DNA from: Azolla caroliniana
Taxonomy: Eukaryota; Plantae; Polypodiophyta
Assembly: GCA_043228905.1 (NCBI GenBank)
Contig: JBHGNT010000002.1
Coordinates: 12,772,001-12,836,000 of the forward strand
DNA: 64,000 bases
Direction: 5' to 3'
Below, piece by piece: positions 1-12,700 of this stretch; position 1 is the stretch's first letter; the number at the start of each line of letters is the position of its first letter. The notes beneath the pieces are model-generated. The model was not told where the DNA came from. It searched no databases and worked only from the letters and a program-made list of their open reading frames with translations. The translations under genes were made by a program, and so were the position numbers.

Positions 1-196
1 CTATTTCTAGCTATTACTCCACTAGTACACCTAGTCATTACCTACATTAATAGTACTTTTATTCCCTAGGCATCATGCAAAAAATTAATTCCTTAAAACC
101 TATTTCTATAATGTCTGTTTCACCACAGAAACAGAAACGCATTCAAGCTCATAGGTTTTCTGATCTTCATACGATCTGTCAATTGACGACGACAAT

Positions 197-2707
197 ATGC
201 TGGTTACCGTATCTGATAACTTGCGCCGTTGGCTCGTTCGCAATAATTTACAAGGATTCTTGAAAATCGTAGAAGTAGAGCCGCACCCGCACGCTGAAGC
301 TCTGATGGTAGAAGATGGGTTGCAGTCCTATTTTGGTGAGTATTCGCCCTCCGCCAAAGTGTATCAGACACAAGGAGGTAGGGATGTCTTTTTTCATGAA
401 GTTGCAATTTTTTTATTGGAAGTAGGGTTTGTTAGTCCGAGATTCTACTGTATGCCCAAAAAGAGGGCCGGATTTATCATTGCCACTTATGAAGGCGAAG
501 CTTTCAATTGGGGGCAACTATCAGCAGATGCTCTGAGAGAGCAATTGTACGGAGTTCAGAAGGGAAAACCAATGAAACCGAACTTTGCGCGTTGGTTATC
601 GGTATTATTTCCGGCTCTAGAGTCGGAAAACCGATAAGAGGTGCATAGGCCGCCTCAGGTACAGTCATCCCGAACCCGACGACAAGTCCAACGGGAAGAG
701 TGGAGGAAAGAAGAATCGGCGCAAGACGATACCACTCAAACCGAATTCAACCAATCAGACCCAAGGCAACAACAAGAATCGGAACAACAACAGTCGACGC
801 AGTCTCAATAGTTCACACCGCAACCCGAACCTGACCAGCAACCGGCTACTCAATAGCCGGAGTTTCAACCACCAAGGACATACCAACAAGAGATGACAGA
901 TGAGCAAACCTCACAACAGCAAGAATCGACACAAGTTGATAGAGAACAGCAACCGCCGAAGCAACGCAGGGTTAAACAACGGTCCCAACGATATTCTCGA
1001 CCAGAGCAAGAACAATCGGCGTAGAAGAAACAAAGAACCAACGATCAAGCTGCCCAAAGCACACAAGTACCTCGTGTTAAACCCTATGACATGTCAAGAA
1101 TTCAAAAAGGGAAGGTATCAATGGCAACGGTGCAAGAGGCACTTGGTTTTTCTGACATCCCGACAACAGCACATGAGCTAGCTGCCATTCTGCAATTCGG
1201 AACATCATATGAACTGGTAGAATGGTTAGTTACAAGAATCCAAGAAGTGTCGGAAAGAATGGCGCAAGAGCATCGAGATCAAATAATGATCCAAAAGTCA
1301 CTATGTGGAGTTGTCGAACCCAATGAGCAAGCAGAAGTGGATAGAATTGGTCGACAACGAAATGCTAAAACTAGAGGTGAAGCCATCCAGATATCACCAT
1401 TACATGAGGCAGTGGTCGAAGTCCACAAGGAATATGAAAAGGCTAGCAGAGCAGCCAAGGATATGGCTGAATTATACAAAAGGGCAACAACACCAGCAGA
1501 TGTGCTTAATGCATAGTATAAACGGACGCAGGAAGAAAATCAGCAGTTGAAGGATAAACTGCAAGAAGCACAAGTGGCTCTAGAAAAAACGAGAGAGTAG
1601 ATATTACAACTAGAGTCACAAAGACAACCTTTGGAGACGGATTCAAAATTACAAAAGAAGTTGGAACATGCTGAAAAAGCATGAACAGAAGCGGAAATTA
1701 GGGAAGAAAAGGCCCAAGACAGGTCTAGAGAAATGGAAGATCGATTACAGTTGGCAAAAAATGCAGGCGACAAATGCTTAGAGGAAAAAGATAATGTGAT
1801 ACAAGATTTACACCGACAATTAGCCCAACAACAAGAGGCTACAAAGCAACAAGTCGAAGAATTAGAAGAGTATGTCAGTAGCCAAGAGATTCGGTTTACA
1901 ACACTGTTGGCTGGAAGAGGCAAATTGCTAGAAGAAATCAACGGAAAAATGATTCAGCAGCAGAACGACTGGAATGCGGAGAAAGAGAAGTTGGAAAACC
2001 GATGTGCAGAAGTTCAAACGGTCTCCGAGAAAAGGCGACTTGACCTCTTAGTGGCACAAGCCAAACTGATGCAGGCCGAAGGACATACCAATGTGGTAAT
2101 AATTGATTTGCGAAGAACATTGGCAACAACACAGTTTGAGGCAAGAATGACTCAGGACAAGGTTCAAACAATCATAAGACGTCACCGGCTTAACACCCTA
2201 AAATTGGTCAATGAATCGTTGGAGAAGGGTTGGCAAACATGGTCAGCGCAAGCTGCAGAGCTTCAGCTATTAAGAGCTGACAGAGAAAATAGAAAAGTTC
2301 AAGGTAAAGGCTTCCTCAAGATGTCGGAGGAAGCAATGACCACGGTTCAGGAAGATATTGCTAGAGACCTTTACGACATGGCGGCTTATTTTAGAGAAGA
2401 AATTAACCGAATCATGCAAAAATTCGACAAGCATGATGTCAATACGTCCATCGAGTTAGACAATATCGAAGCCAAAAGAATAAGCAAAACACCTGGACTT
2501 GGAGCACCGGAGTCAGCTGATCCAACACCATCGACCGAAGAAGCACACCAGGAAAACGACGACGGGGAGGACACCGAAGATGAAGATGAAGATGATGTCA
2601 GTGTGGCACCACAGGAAGAAGAACTCTCATTGTTCGATATTCTGCAGGACGACGCAGACAATGAATTGGAGTTGGAGGAAGATCTTCCCTCAGAGCAACA
2701 GGAGTAA
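197..2707 (+). pseudogene. Degenerate retrotransposon accessory ORF (family K): N-terminal domain resembling plant-transposon mobile domains, Gln-rich linker, long coiled-coil, acidic tail
   Basis: ORF pieces 197-637, 1091-1516 and 1733-2707 are separated by stops or frameshifts. Motifs include FNWGQL..ALREQL and AHELAAILQFGTSYELVEWL. It ends just before an LTR-like segment, and homologous fragments occur on the minus strand elsewhere in the window. Confidence 0.55.
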
Positions 2708-2759
2708 AGGGGTTTCCGTGGGTTCGCCGGACAACGTCCTGGGCCACGGGCATGCCAAG

Positions 2760-3219
2760 TGTTACCCGTACAAGCATGGATGTGTCGGAGTCGGAAGGAT
2801 GTTCGGAGTCGGAGTCGGATCGATAGTTCGGATCGATGACTCAACAGATAGCCGAATAGGACATAGTTAGTTACGAAGTTTTGTAATTCTTGATAATTAT
2901 AGGCAATAGGATTTCTTGATGAGAAAAGACCTTCGGGTTACCTATAAAAGGAACCGAAGGAATTGTAAAAATTTATCGTTATATTTAGTAATATAAAGTT
3001 TAGTTAGGAAACCTCTGTGTACAGATCGGATCGCTCTTGCCATCTATTTCCTTCTATCTAAGCTATATTACATAAGTCACGATCTCGGTGTCTGTTATCA
3101 CCGATGAGTTTACATATAATTCGTATCTATTCGTCTAACCACAACTTCTTGATAGAACGTTTGGTACGAACGTTCGTCTTATACTGTGTCGGCAAGTAGT
3201 AATTGTCGACCAAACAACA
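2760..3219 (+). repeat. Probable 3' LTR of the element carrying the K ORF
   Basis: TGTTACC start, CTATAAAA at ~2942, ...AACAACA end abutting an interrupted gag. The partner LTR is not in the window and the PPT is not clear. Confidence 0.45.
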
Positions 3220-3905
3220 TGCTCGAGGAGCTGCGCTTCAAATTCTCCTGGGTCCGACATCTAGCCTGCACCTCGAGCACCTCTACGTGGATGCCCGATG
3301 TTGCTACCCGAGGGAACCCAGCCAAACGCCTTTCTTCCGGGATGTCCCTCATCACGATCTCGGCCCGGTAGGCCACCAAATAACTTGTGGCGTCCTTCCC
3401 ATCGAACCGGCCTATTGTGCCGACGATCGCTTCGATGGCCCTGTCGAGGGCGCCCGTGCCCTCGTGAGCTCTTACTATCCGATCTAGTGGTGCTGCCATG
3501 GCTTCGGCGAGCTCTGATCCCCTCATTTTTGATTCCTCTGCCGCCTTAATTCACGTCGGGTTCACCAAATTAATGTTGTGTTGTTACGCTCACGCGTAGG
3601 AAATAAGGCGGGACCGCGGGGGACCATGAACCAAGGATCCTGAGAGGGAGACAAAGAGAGAAACTCGTAGAAAAACAGAGAGATAGAAAATGAAATAATC
3701 GAATCCAATAACAATATAGATTATAGCTTGCAATGTTACAACCAGCAAGACGGTGAAAAACTAGACACAGACGAACGCACGCCCTGAAATACGTGGTGGA
3801 GCCTCTACCAGAAGCATGCGGGCTTTCGTAACCTAACCCAAATCCCTACAGAAGTGACAACGATGGTGGAGGAGAGAGCTTGGTTCCCAGTCCGACAACA
3901 CTTCG
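3220..3905 (-). mobile_element. Fragment of a tRNA-Trp-primed Gypsy element (partial 5' LTR, PBS, gag N-terminus), related to element L
   Basis: PBS TGGTGAACCCGACGTGAA (minus strand, 3550-3567) is identical to that at 54723-54740. Gag GRFDGKDATSYL matches GQFDGRNVTKFL of L. LTR end at 3574; the right boundary is approximate. Confidence 0.75.
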
Positions 3906-6544
3906 TCCTATCAGCATGCGATGCCTACTCACGCGAACTTCCTTTGTTCGGGGGTTATAGCACTTATACCCCTTCTGCTCGTATGAATTACCGACCAAGA
4001 TACACTTCTCGACTTTGGCGTCCAGCTTCCTCCTCTTCTCCTTCGACACATGCACATATGCAATGCTGCCGAAAATCCTCAAGTGTGCCAAGTTCAGCTT
4101 CTTTCCGAAATACAACTCGTGTGGCGACACTCCTCCATTAGCAGAGGTCCAATTCTACAAGTAAATAGCCGTCCTTACGGCTTCAACCCAGTAAAACTTC
4201 GGCATATGCTTCTCTTCAAGCATTGCCTTGACGACTTCTTCGATTGTTCGATTCTTCTCCTCGGCTACGCCGTTTTGCTTCGACGTATATCTACACGAGA
4301 ATTCGCGTCGAATTCCCTCCTTCTGTAGATAAGTCATGAACTGGAGTACCCCTTCCCGCCATCGGACCGTAGGCACTTGATCTTAAGCCTAGTTTCCCTT
4401 TCCACAAGGCTCTTCACCTTCAGGAACCATGCGAAGACTTCACTCTTTTTCGCAATCAAACATGCCAAGGTGTGCTGAGTGAAGTCATCGATGAAGGTTA
4501 CGAAGTAATGACTTCCACCAAGACTCACGTTCTGTGCCGGAATGGATTAAGTTGAGTGGATGTTGACTCCGATTACGCTCATTTGGGAACGGAAGTCGGT
4601 GTTGCTTTCCTAGTTGGCAGGCTTCGCAGACTTGGCCATCCCGGCCATGAAATTTCGGCAAACCGAAAACAATGTTCTTCGTCTACATTTCACGAACCCG
4701 TGGTAAATTAACATGGACGAACCGCATGTGCCATAGGTCGATATCCTATTCGACCTTCTGTCCTTTTACGAACAACCTCTCTTCACGACGCCCTTGTGCG
4801 ATGACTTGGCCTTCCTCTTCGATGTAGCACCCGAGGTGCATGAATCGAACTTGCATCCCCTGGTCGACGATCTATCCGACGGACACCAGGTTCTTGGTTA
4901 TTGTTGGGTTGTGCGGCATGTTCATGAGTTTCCCTTTTGGACCGACGTTGCTAAGGGAAACTTCGCCGACAGGTTCGATGGTATGCGGAGTGTCGCCTCC
5001 CGTCTCGACCACTCCTTGCTTTCCCGCTTTCTCCAAGTACAAGAACCATTCCTCATGACTCGTCATATGATTTGACGCTCCGGAATCAACATACCACACC
5101 TAGCTCGATTTCGAGGTGTTCACGGCCATCGAATTGGCCTTGTGCTTCATTTCAAAGCCTAGGAACGATCCATTTTCGGCTCGTTCGGAGCCCTCTGCGT
5201 AGTGCGATTTCTGACACCTTCCTGCGTCTCTTCTGCTCGATCCGGCTTTGTCCGAATCAACTCTTTTTTGTAGCCTTTCTTGCCACAGGACCAGCAATCC
5301 ATCACGGCCTTCTCTTGCCTACTTCAAACGCCGCTATGACTTCCCCTGCTTCTAGAGGGGTTTGAATTGCTTCCAGCATTTCAATTATGCCACACATTCT
5401 GTTCCTTTCAATCGCCTCCATTGCGCGCATGACCACGGGGCCTATCTTCCTGAGTGTACAACATCCTGTCGTCGGCGTGCATACTCATCAATGCACACGC
5501 GTGATTTTCCTCCACAAGCAACATCGACTAAAGCTTGAAGAATGAAGGTGTATTCTCCCTTGTGTAGATTGTCGTTCGGAGTGATCTAAACTTTGACGCT
5601 AACCCTCCAAGACAAACCTGCACCATTTCATCCTCCTCGACATTCACGTTGATGGGGGCGAGAGAGTCGCAGATCTCCTTGATTCAGGCCGTGTAGTCGA
5701 CCACAGATAGATCTTTTTGTCGGACATTGCTGAGCTCTTGCCTGAACTGCAGCTTCCTTGCCATTGTGCTAGCGGTGAAAATCCTCTTGAGATTTGCCCA
5801 CGCGTCCTTTGGCGTCTTAGCATCCCAAATGTAGCTCAAGCAGTAAAGAACTCTGTTGGTTGCTTGTTCCCAAGCCGAAAAATCTCTATGTGTCGATTCA
5901 GGCGCTGTATCATTAGCTCCTTCGACATAACTCTAGTAACCATGACCAAGCAGGTACTGGTGCATTTTGTATGTCCAAGATGCGTAGTTACTCCTGTCGA
6001 GCTTCTCAGTCGGTGGCGAGCTTCCCATTCCTCTGTCCATATTGTTGTTTATCCTTTCCGAAAACAATAACTTAACTCTGTCTTTATCGCAAGCTTATCT
6101 GTCGGTTGTAGAGGAGTCTCAACCCTCACGCTCTGGTATCATGTAAAAGAATATGTGTGCGGAAACGTATGCGTAAGACACAGAGTACACAGTTCAGAAG
6201 TATGACAGTTCGGTAAAATGCAGAAATCACAAAGAAGGAGAGGGAGAGATAGATAGATAGAGAGAGAGAGAGAGCAGAAACGAAACTATATTCAAAATAA
6301 TAAATCTCTGTATGTTCTCTCTCTATATACTTCGTGCTCAATGAGCACCTTTTATACAAGCCTTGACTATTGGGCTGACAAAAGTACTAACAGTAATTGA
6401 CTGCTCATAAGTGAGCCTTCTACACTAACTCCCAAAAATTATTCCTTACGAGGAATAACGTTCTAATGGCATCTCGGTTTATGCACCGCTATGGGCATGT
6501 TGTGCATACGGTTTTACGCTCAATGTTGAGTTTGTATCTCAACA
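3906..6544 (-). mobile_element. Truncated Ty1/Copia element (5' LTR 6142-6544, degenerate gag-protease-integrase), same family as H
   Basis: WYVDSGASNHMT protease motif, FVTFIDD/RSDGG/QNGVAE integrase motifs, and a mutated Met PBS at 6130-6141. RT and 3' LTR are absent. Confidence 0.85.
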
Positions 6545-7859
6545 AAATTCTCCGTTAAATCCTACTGAATACCATTAATGCAATGCTCATCCATTTTGTA
6601 AAAACCTTTTCTGAACTTCTGCTGATTTTCGTAGTCAGCTCGGAACATCTGTAATTCGGCCGCTTGTGCCGACCATTCTCTCTGCACTTTTTCGGACACT
6701 CAATTTGCCTTTCTAGCTGACTTCTATTGTTCTCCACAATAATATGTATCCTTTCCACACCCATTTTGGCTTTTGCTTGTAGTGCTTGTTGTTCCTGTTT
6801 TTAAACCACTTAATTGTGGTTGTTGCCAACTGCACTTCCACTTCATAGTTCTATAATGTCAATTGAAAAGTTGCGTTGACTTTCTCTAGAGTCTTCCTAG
6901 AAGATTCGATAGTTTTGTCTCGCTCCTTGATCATTCATTCCTTCTCCTCTCTGGCTTCGTTCTGAAGTTTCATTAGTTCCATTTCAAACAACTTTTTCTG
7001 GTTTTGAAAGCCTTCGGCACGCTCCTTTATGTCGGCCTTTGCTTCCTTAAGTTTCTTCCTCTGCTAATCAAAATCGGCTTTCAGCTCTTGGTGCTCTTTG
7101 TACAACTTCTCAAAAATCGGCCTATTTATTTTTTAATCTTTGTGGCGCCTGAAATCGCGCCTGGTCATCATGTTCTTTTTGTTGCCGCAATTCATCTCTT
7201 AGCCGATCAATTTCCTCGTCATCAACCTTTCTTCTTTTCTCCTTCTACTACTATAATATTCGTCCTTTAGCCGATTAAGTTCTGCTTCACCTACTTTCCT
7301 CATCTTCTTAGCATTTTCGGTTATAGCCATCTGTTCCACTAATTCCTTTCTCAATTGCCGCTATCCGATGCGACATCCTGTATTGGAGCACTTGCGGCTA
7401 TAGTTTGTTCGGCTCTTCTAGCTAGAACAATTTCAATTGTCCTTTCGGTTGGAGCCCTTTCAATTGTCCTCAATTGTTCCTCCAATAATGTAATTTGCTT
7501 ATTGAACTCTATCCATGTATTGGACAATACATAGTCGGACACCTTCCTTCCGTATGTTCTTAATCCTTTCCACCATAGATACATATCTTTAGCAGCTCAC
7601 CTAACTCTGGAGGGAGAACTCCTTGTGCATTTTAGTTAATGCTGTATTCAGTCCCACTTGTTCATACTCCATTCGACTTGGGGTTTTTCTTCCTAGGCTT
7701 CGGTGTCAATGCTTTTTTCACTTGTTCCCTGTTTGCATATGTTCGATTGGCTGCTAACAGAGAAGCCGCAAGTGTTCTCTCATGTTCCCTGTTTGTATAT
7801 GCTGGGCTAGCTGCTAGTAGAGAAGCTTTAAGTGTTCTCTGATAATCCAAACATTGAAC
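6545..7859 (-). pseudogene. Family K accessory ORF remnant, C-terminal coiled-coil part
   Basis: HKE...AAKDM matches 1091-1516. It joins in frame to 17355-17437 across element B (LVE|CL versus LVEWL). There is an internal 60-bp tandem duplication at ~7720-7840. Confidence 0.6.
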
Positions 7860-9725
7860 TGTTATACATATATCCCCCATACATGCTAAGTGTGAAAAGG
7901 CCAAAACTTGTCTTCCACTTAGCAGTGTGTGGGGAGAGAGTTTGGAGTGTGTGTGAGTAAAATCCCTCCGAGACATAGTGTATGAGGTAGAGTATACACC
8001 CAACATTTTCTCTATTCCCCCCCCCCCCCCCCCCCCCCCCTTTTTAGGAAAAAAGATTTTTCTTTACAAAATTATTTCTCTCTTGGCTCCCTATTCTTCC
8101 GTTTTACAACAGTGGTATCAGAGCTTGGGAGATCACAATAGAGGGCTTGGGAGTTCACAATACAGAGCTTTGGAGATTGTAGAAGAAACATTGGTGATTG
8201 GAGCCTCTTGGTTGTAGCATCTACCTACTATTGGGCATCTCCAACATTTTCGACATTGAAGAAAAGAGCTTGCTATTCACAGGTGTTTCCCCTAGTTAAA
8301 CTCTCACATTTATTCGCCATTTGCGAAACATTTCTGGTGGAAATAAGTTGTGGTGGGAGAGACCCCTACCACATTTGCAAGAGAGATTTGGTATCAGTGT
8401 GAATGTATATCAGTGCAGATGCCTACAGTTTGTGATTTGGGAGATGTATGTTGGTCAGTATCGACAGGTGATATTTTGGAAGTTATATGCTTTTAGTGGT
8501 GCGTGTTATACGCAAGAATGGTGTCAGTATTTTTTGAAAGTTTGCAGTTGATATTTTGGAAGTTGTATGCTTTCAGCGGTGCGTGCTACACGCAATATTG
8601 GTATCAATTTTTGACAGTTTGGCATAAAGCTAGTCAATTACTAGTCTTTGTTGCCCAATCGTATTTTGTTGCCTGATACTGTCGTTCACTCCCATGGAGT
8701 CTGAAATGTTGGATGCATCTAGTAGCACTTTTGTTGGTCACAATAGTTCAAGTAAGAACTATTCATTTTTGGGAAAAGATCATATTGAGATCTGGAAATT
8801 TGATGGATCTAATTTTGCTTTATGGAAGAATCAGATGCATGATGTATTGGTTCAAAGAAAGCAAAAAAGGCCTTTAGGCGGCAAAGCAAAGAAGCCGGAT
8901 GACATGGATGATGATGATCGGGAGGAACTTGATGCCTTGACCATGTCCACTATAAGACTGCACTTGGCGGATAGTGTCTACTTTACTATTTTAGACAGTA
9001 AAAACTTCGAAGAACTTTGGAAAAAGTTATGCAATACCTATGAGAAGGAAACTGCAACTAACAAGGTGTATTTGATGAGAAAACTATATGACCTTCGTAT
9101 GAAGGATACGGATAGTGTTGCGTCTCATTTAAATCAGTTTCATGCATTATGGTCGTAGTTGCAAGCTCAGAAAATGACCATGGATGATGAGCTAAAAGCT
9201 ATATTTTTGCTATGCACATTGCCTAGCTCATGGGACACATTTTGCACCGCTATTAGCGCTAGTGCACCAAACGGGAAATTGGTCTATAATGACACAAGGT
9301 GAGCACTATTGGGTGAAGAAATACATAGGAAATCTATGGTTTCCGCACAAGTTGGAGAGGCATATAATGTTCGAGATTCTGGCTATGGCAAGAACCAGCA
9401 ACGTGGTAGAAGCCATACCATAAATAGTCATGGAAATCATGATAAGAGCTGAAGTAAGTCTAGGAAGAGACTTGTGGAATGCCATTATTGCCACAAGAAG
9501 GGTCATATAAAGAAAGACTATTATGCCTTGGAGAACAAAGAAAAGGAAAAGGGTAAAACTCATGGTGATGGGCATGTTAAACGGTTGATCGGTTCATCAT
9601 CTTCGGTGAAGATAGAGGAAATAAATGTCGCATGCGATGATGATGTTCACATCTTGGTCATGGATGATGATGCTACCTATTCTGAGGTTAATATTGCTCA
9701 TGCGCTTGCTCATACATGGTTGTTG

Positions 9726-12700
9726 TGTTAGAAATTGACGCTTTCGAAAACCTTCACCTCTCGGCCACAACCGGGGAAACACGAATCAATGCAACAGTAA
9801 ATCGAAAACACAGAGTGAGACTCGAATGCACAGGGTTTAGCGTGGAAAACCCTAGACGGGAAAAACCACGGGAGTGCAAGACTCCAACTATCACTATACG
9901 CAGGGAATGTACAATGGCGAGCTGCAAGGCGACGACCTTGAGCTCGCTGTCCTCGCCACAGGCGGCGGTGTTACACAGAGGCGTCGACCTCTTCCTTTCT
10001 CTCTCTCTCTCACTCTCTCTCTCGGCTGCTCTCACTTCGCTCCCTCTAAGTGGAAAACAGAAAAATGAGCAACAACAACAAAACTGTTTGCCCTAAGTCA
10101 TATTTATACACATATGACTTTTGGGCTATTTACAAATATAGCCTCGAGGGCCCTTGGCAAACATATTCACAAATATGTCCCCGCATCCGGATCTCTCTCC
10201 GGGTACATTCGTCATCCGGCTCCGTAGCCGGGGTCTTCAACATCCGGATCCGAAACCGGGTCTTCATCATCCGGTTCCGATACCGGGTACTCCTCATTCG
10301 GGTCTTCATTCCCGATTCCCGGACATCTGACCATCCCATCCAGAGGGACCGTAATCCCAACAAACTCCCCCTTCACTTCGGCATGGGATGTCTTTCCAGT
10401 CCGACCCTCTTCCGGCACGTTTCCAGCTTGTCGGGTGTGAGCACTTTGGTCAGCATATCTGACCCGTTCTCGTCCGTGTGGATCTTCGTCAGCACGAACT
10501 CCTGGTCTTCTATCCTTTCCCGGATCCAGTGATATCTTCGTTGGATGTGCTTCATCCGGGAGTGATAGGCCGCGTTCTTCGCAAGGTGGATGGCACTCTG
10601 ACTGTCGCAGTAGAGTCGGTACTCCTCCTGCCAGATACCGAGCTCTCTAATGAAGTCCTTCATCCATATTATTTCCTTGCCGGCTTCAACAGCCGCCATG
10701 TACTCCGCCTCCGTGGTTGACAACGCAACCGTCTTCTGCAGCCTCGACTGCCACGAAACAGCTCCCCCTGCATACGTCATCACATACCCTGATGTGGACC
10801 GGCTGGTATCTGCATCAGCGGACATATCCGAATCTGTAAAGCCGTCGAGTTCGGGCTTACCGGAGCCGAATCGGAGGCACACGTTTGCCGTGCCCTTCAG
10901 GTATCGGAGTATCCACTTGGCCGCGTTCCAGTGCTCTTTGCCGGGATTGCTCATGTACCGGCTCACCACTCCGACTGCATATCCTATGTCCGGTCTTGTA
11001 CACACCATTGCGTACATCAAGCTTCCGACGGCAGAGGCATATGGTACTTTCATCATGTCCTCCTTCTCAGCCTTTGTCTTGGGGCTTTGCTTGCTGGACA
11101 ACTTGCAGTTTGCCGGGAGGGTTGACCCGACCGGTCTTGCTTCCGACATGTTGAACCGGTGAAGCACCTTTGTCACGTACTTCTCCTGTGACAGCCACAA
11201 CTGCTTCTTCTTCCGGTCCCGGATGATGTGCATCCCTAGTATTTGCCTCGCCGGACCCAGGTCCTTCATTGAGAAGGTTCGGTGAAGCGCTTTCTTCAGC
11301 ATCCGTATCTTGACCTGGTCCCGTCCGACGATCAACATGTCGTCCACGTACAGGAGGAGTATTAGAATGTCTCCTCCTTCGAACTTCTTCACAAACACGC
11401 AATGATCGGACTGCGTTTTGTGGTACCCTTCGTCGGTCATGAAAGAGTCGAACTTCCGGTACCATTGCCGGGGAGCCTGCTTCAGTCCGTAAAGGCTCTT
11501 CTTCAACCGGCATACCAGGTGCTCCTTCCCTTTCTTCTCGAATCCTTCCGGTTGCTGCATGTAGATCTCTTCTTCGAGGTCACCGTGAAGGAATGCCGTC
11601 TTCACGTCCATCTGTTCTACCTCGAGGTTCATGCTTGCCGCTATGCTCAGCACCGTCCGGATGGAGGTCATCTTCACTACCGGGGCAAATATCTCGTCGA
11701 AGTCGACGCCCTTCTTCTGCTGGAACCCCTTCACCACGATCCTGGCTTTGTATCTCGGGGGGTTTCCGGCATCTCCCGGTTTCAGCTTGAACACCCACTT
11801 GTTTCGAAGTGCCCGCTTTCCTTTCGGCAACTCCACAAGTTCATATGTGTGGTTCTCATGCAGGGAATCCATCTCCTCCTGCATGGCACTTAACCACCTG
11901 CGGCTATGGGTGTCAAGCTTTGCTTCTTCAAAACTCTCCGGCTCCCCCTCGTCGGTTAGCAGCACGTGCTCTGGTTCCGGAAATCTCCGGGTGGCCCTTC
12001 TCTCTCTTAGAGGATATCTCCGTTCCGGAGCTTCGGTAAATGGCTCCTCCGTTTCCTCTTCATCCGAATCCATTTCGGGATCGGGGCCGGTTCCCGTATC
12101 AGTTTCATCTTCCTCGGCCGGTTCTGTTTCTTCACCGTCTTCGGCCGGATCCTCGAGTGCTAACCGGTCCCTTGCCGGTCGGGACTGCTCCTCGTAGAGT
12201 TGATCCTCACCGGTCGACTTGGGGCTCTTCATCTTCTTCTCCGACTCCCAGTCGGCGAGTGTCTTGTCCTCCATGAAGATGATATCACGACTCCGGAATA
12301 TCTTTTTGTCGACCGGGTCCCATACTCGGTAGCCGAACTCGTCATCGCCGTAACCGAGGAATATGCATGGCCGGGTCTTTGGATCTAGCTTTCCTCTCCG
12401 GTCCTTTGCCACATGCACATATGCGAGACACCCGAACACCTTCAGATGCCGGTAGGATACTTCCCTACCGATCCACACTCTCTGCGGCGTGTCTCCGTCC
12501 AAAGGTACTGAGGGTGATCTGTTTATCACGTATGTCGCCGTCGACATTGCCTCAGCCCAAAACCCCTTGGGTAATTTCGCATGTGCCAGCATACTCCGGA
12601 CCCTCTCCATTATGGTCCGGTTCATCCTCTCGGCTAGCCCGTTCAGTTCCGGCGTCTTCGGCACAATAAACTCGAGCCGAATTCCCTTCGAGTGACAGTA

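Noticed and set aside
9716-10532. Duplicated ORFs at 9716-10532 and 13506-14274
   Set aside because: These are chance frames within the two LTR copies of element A.
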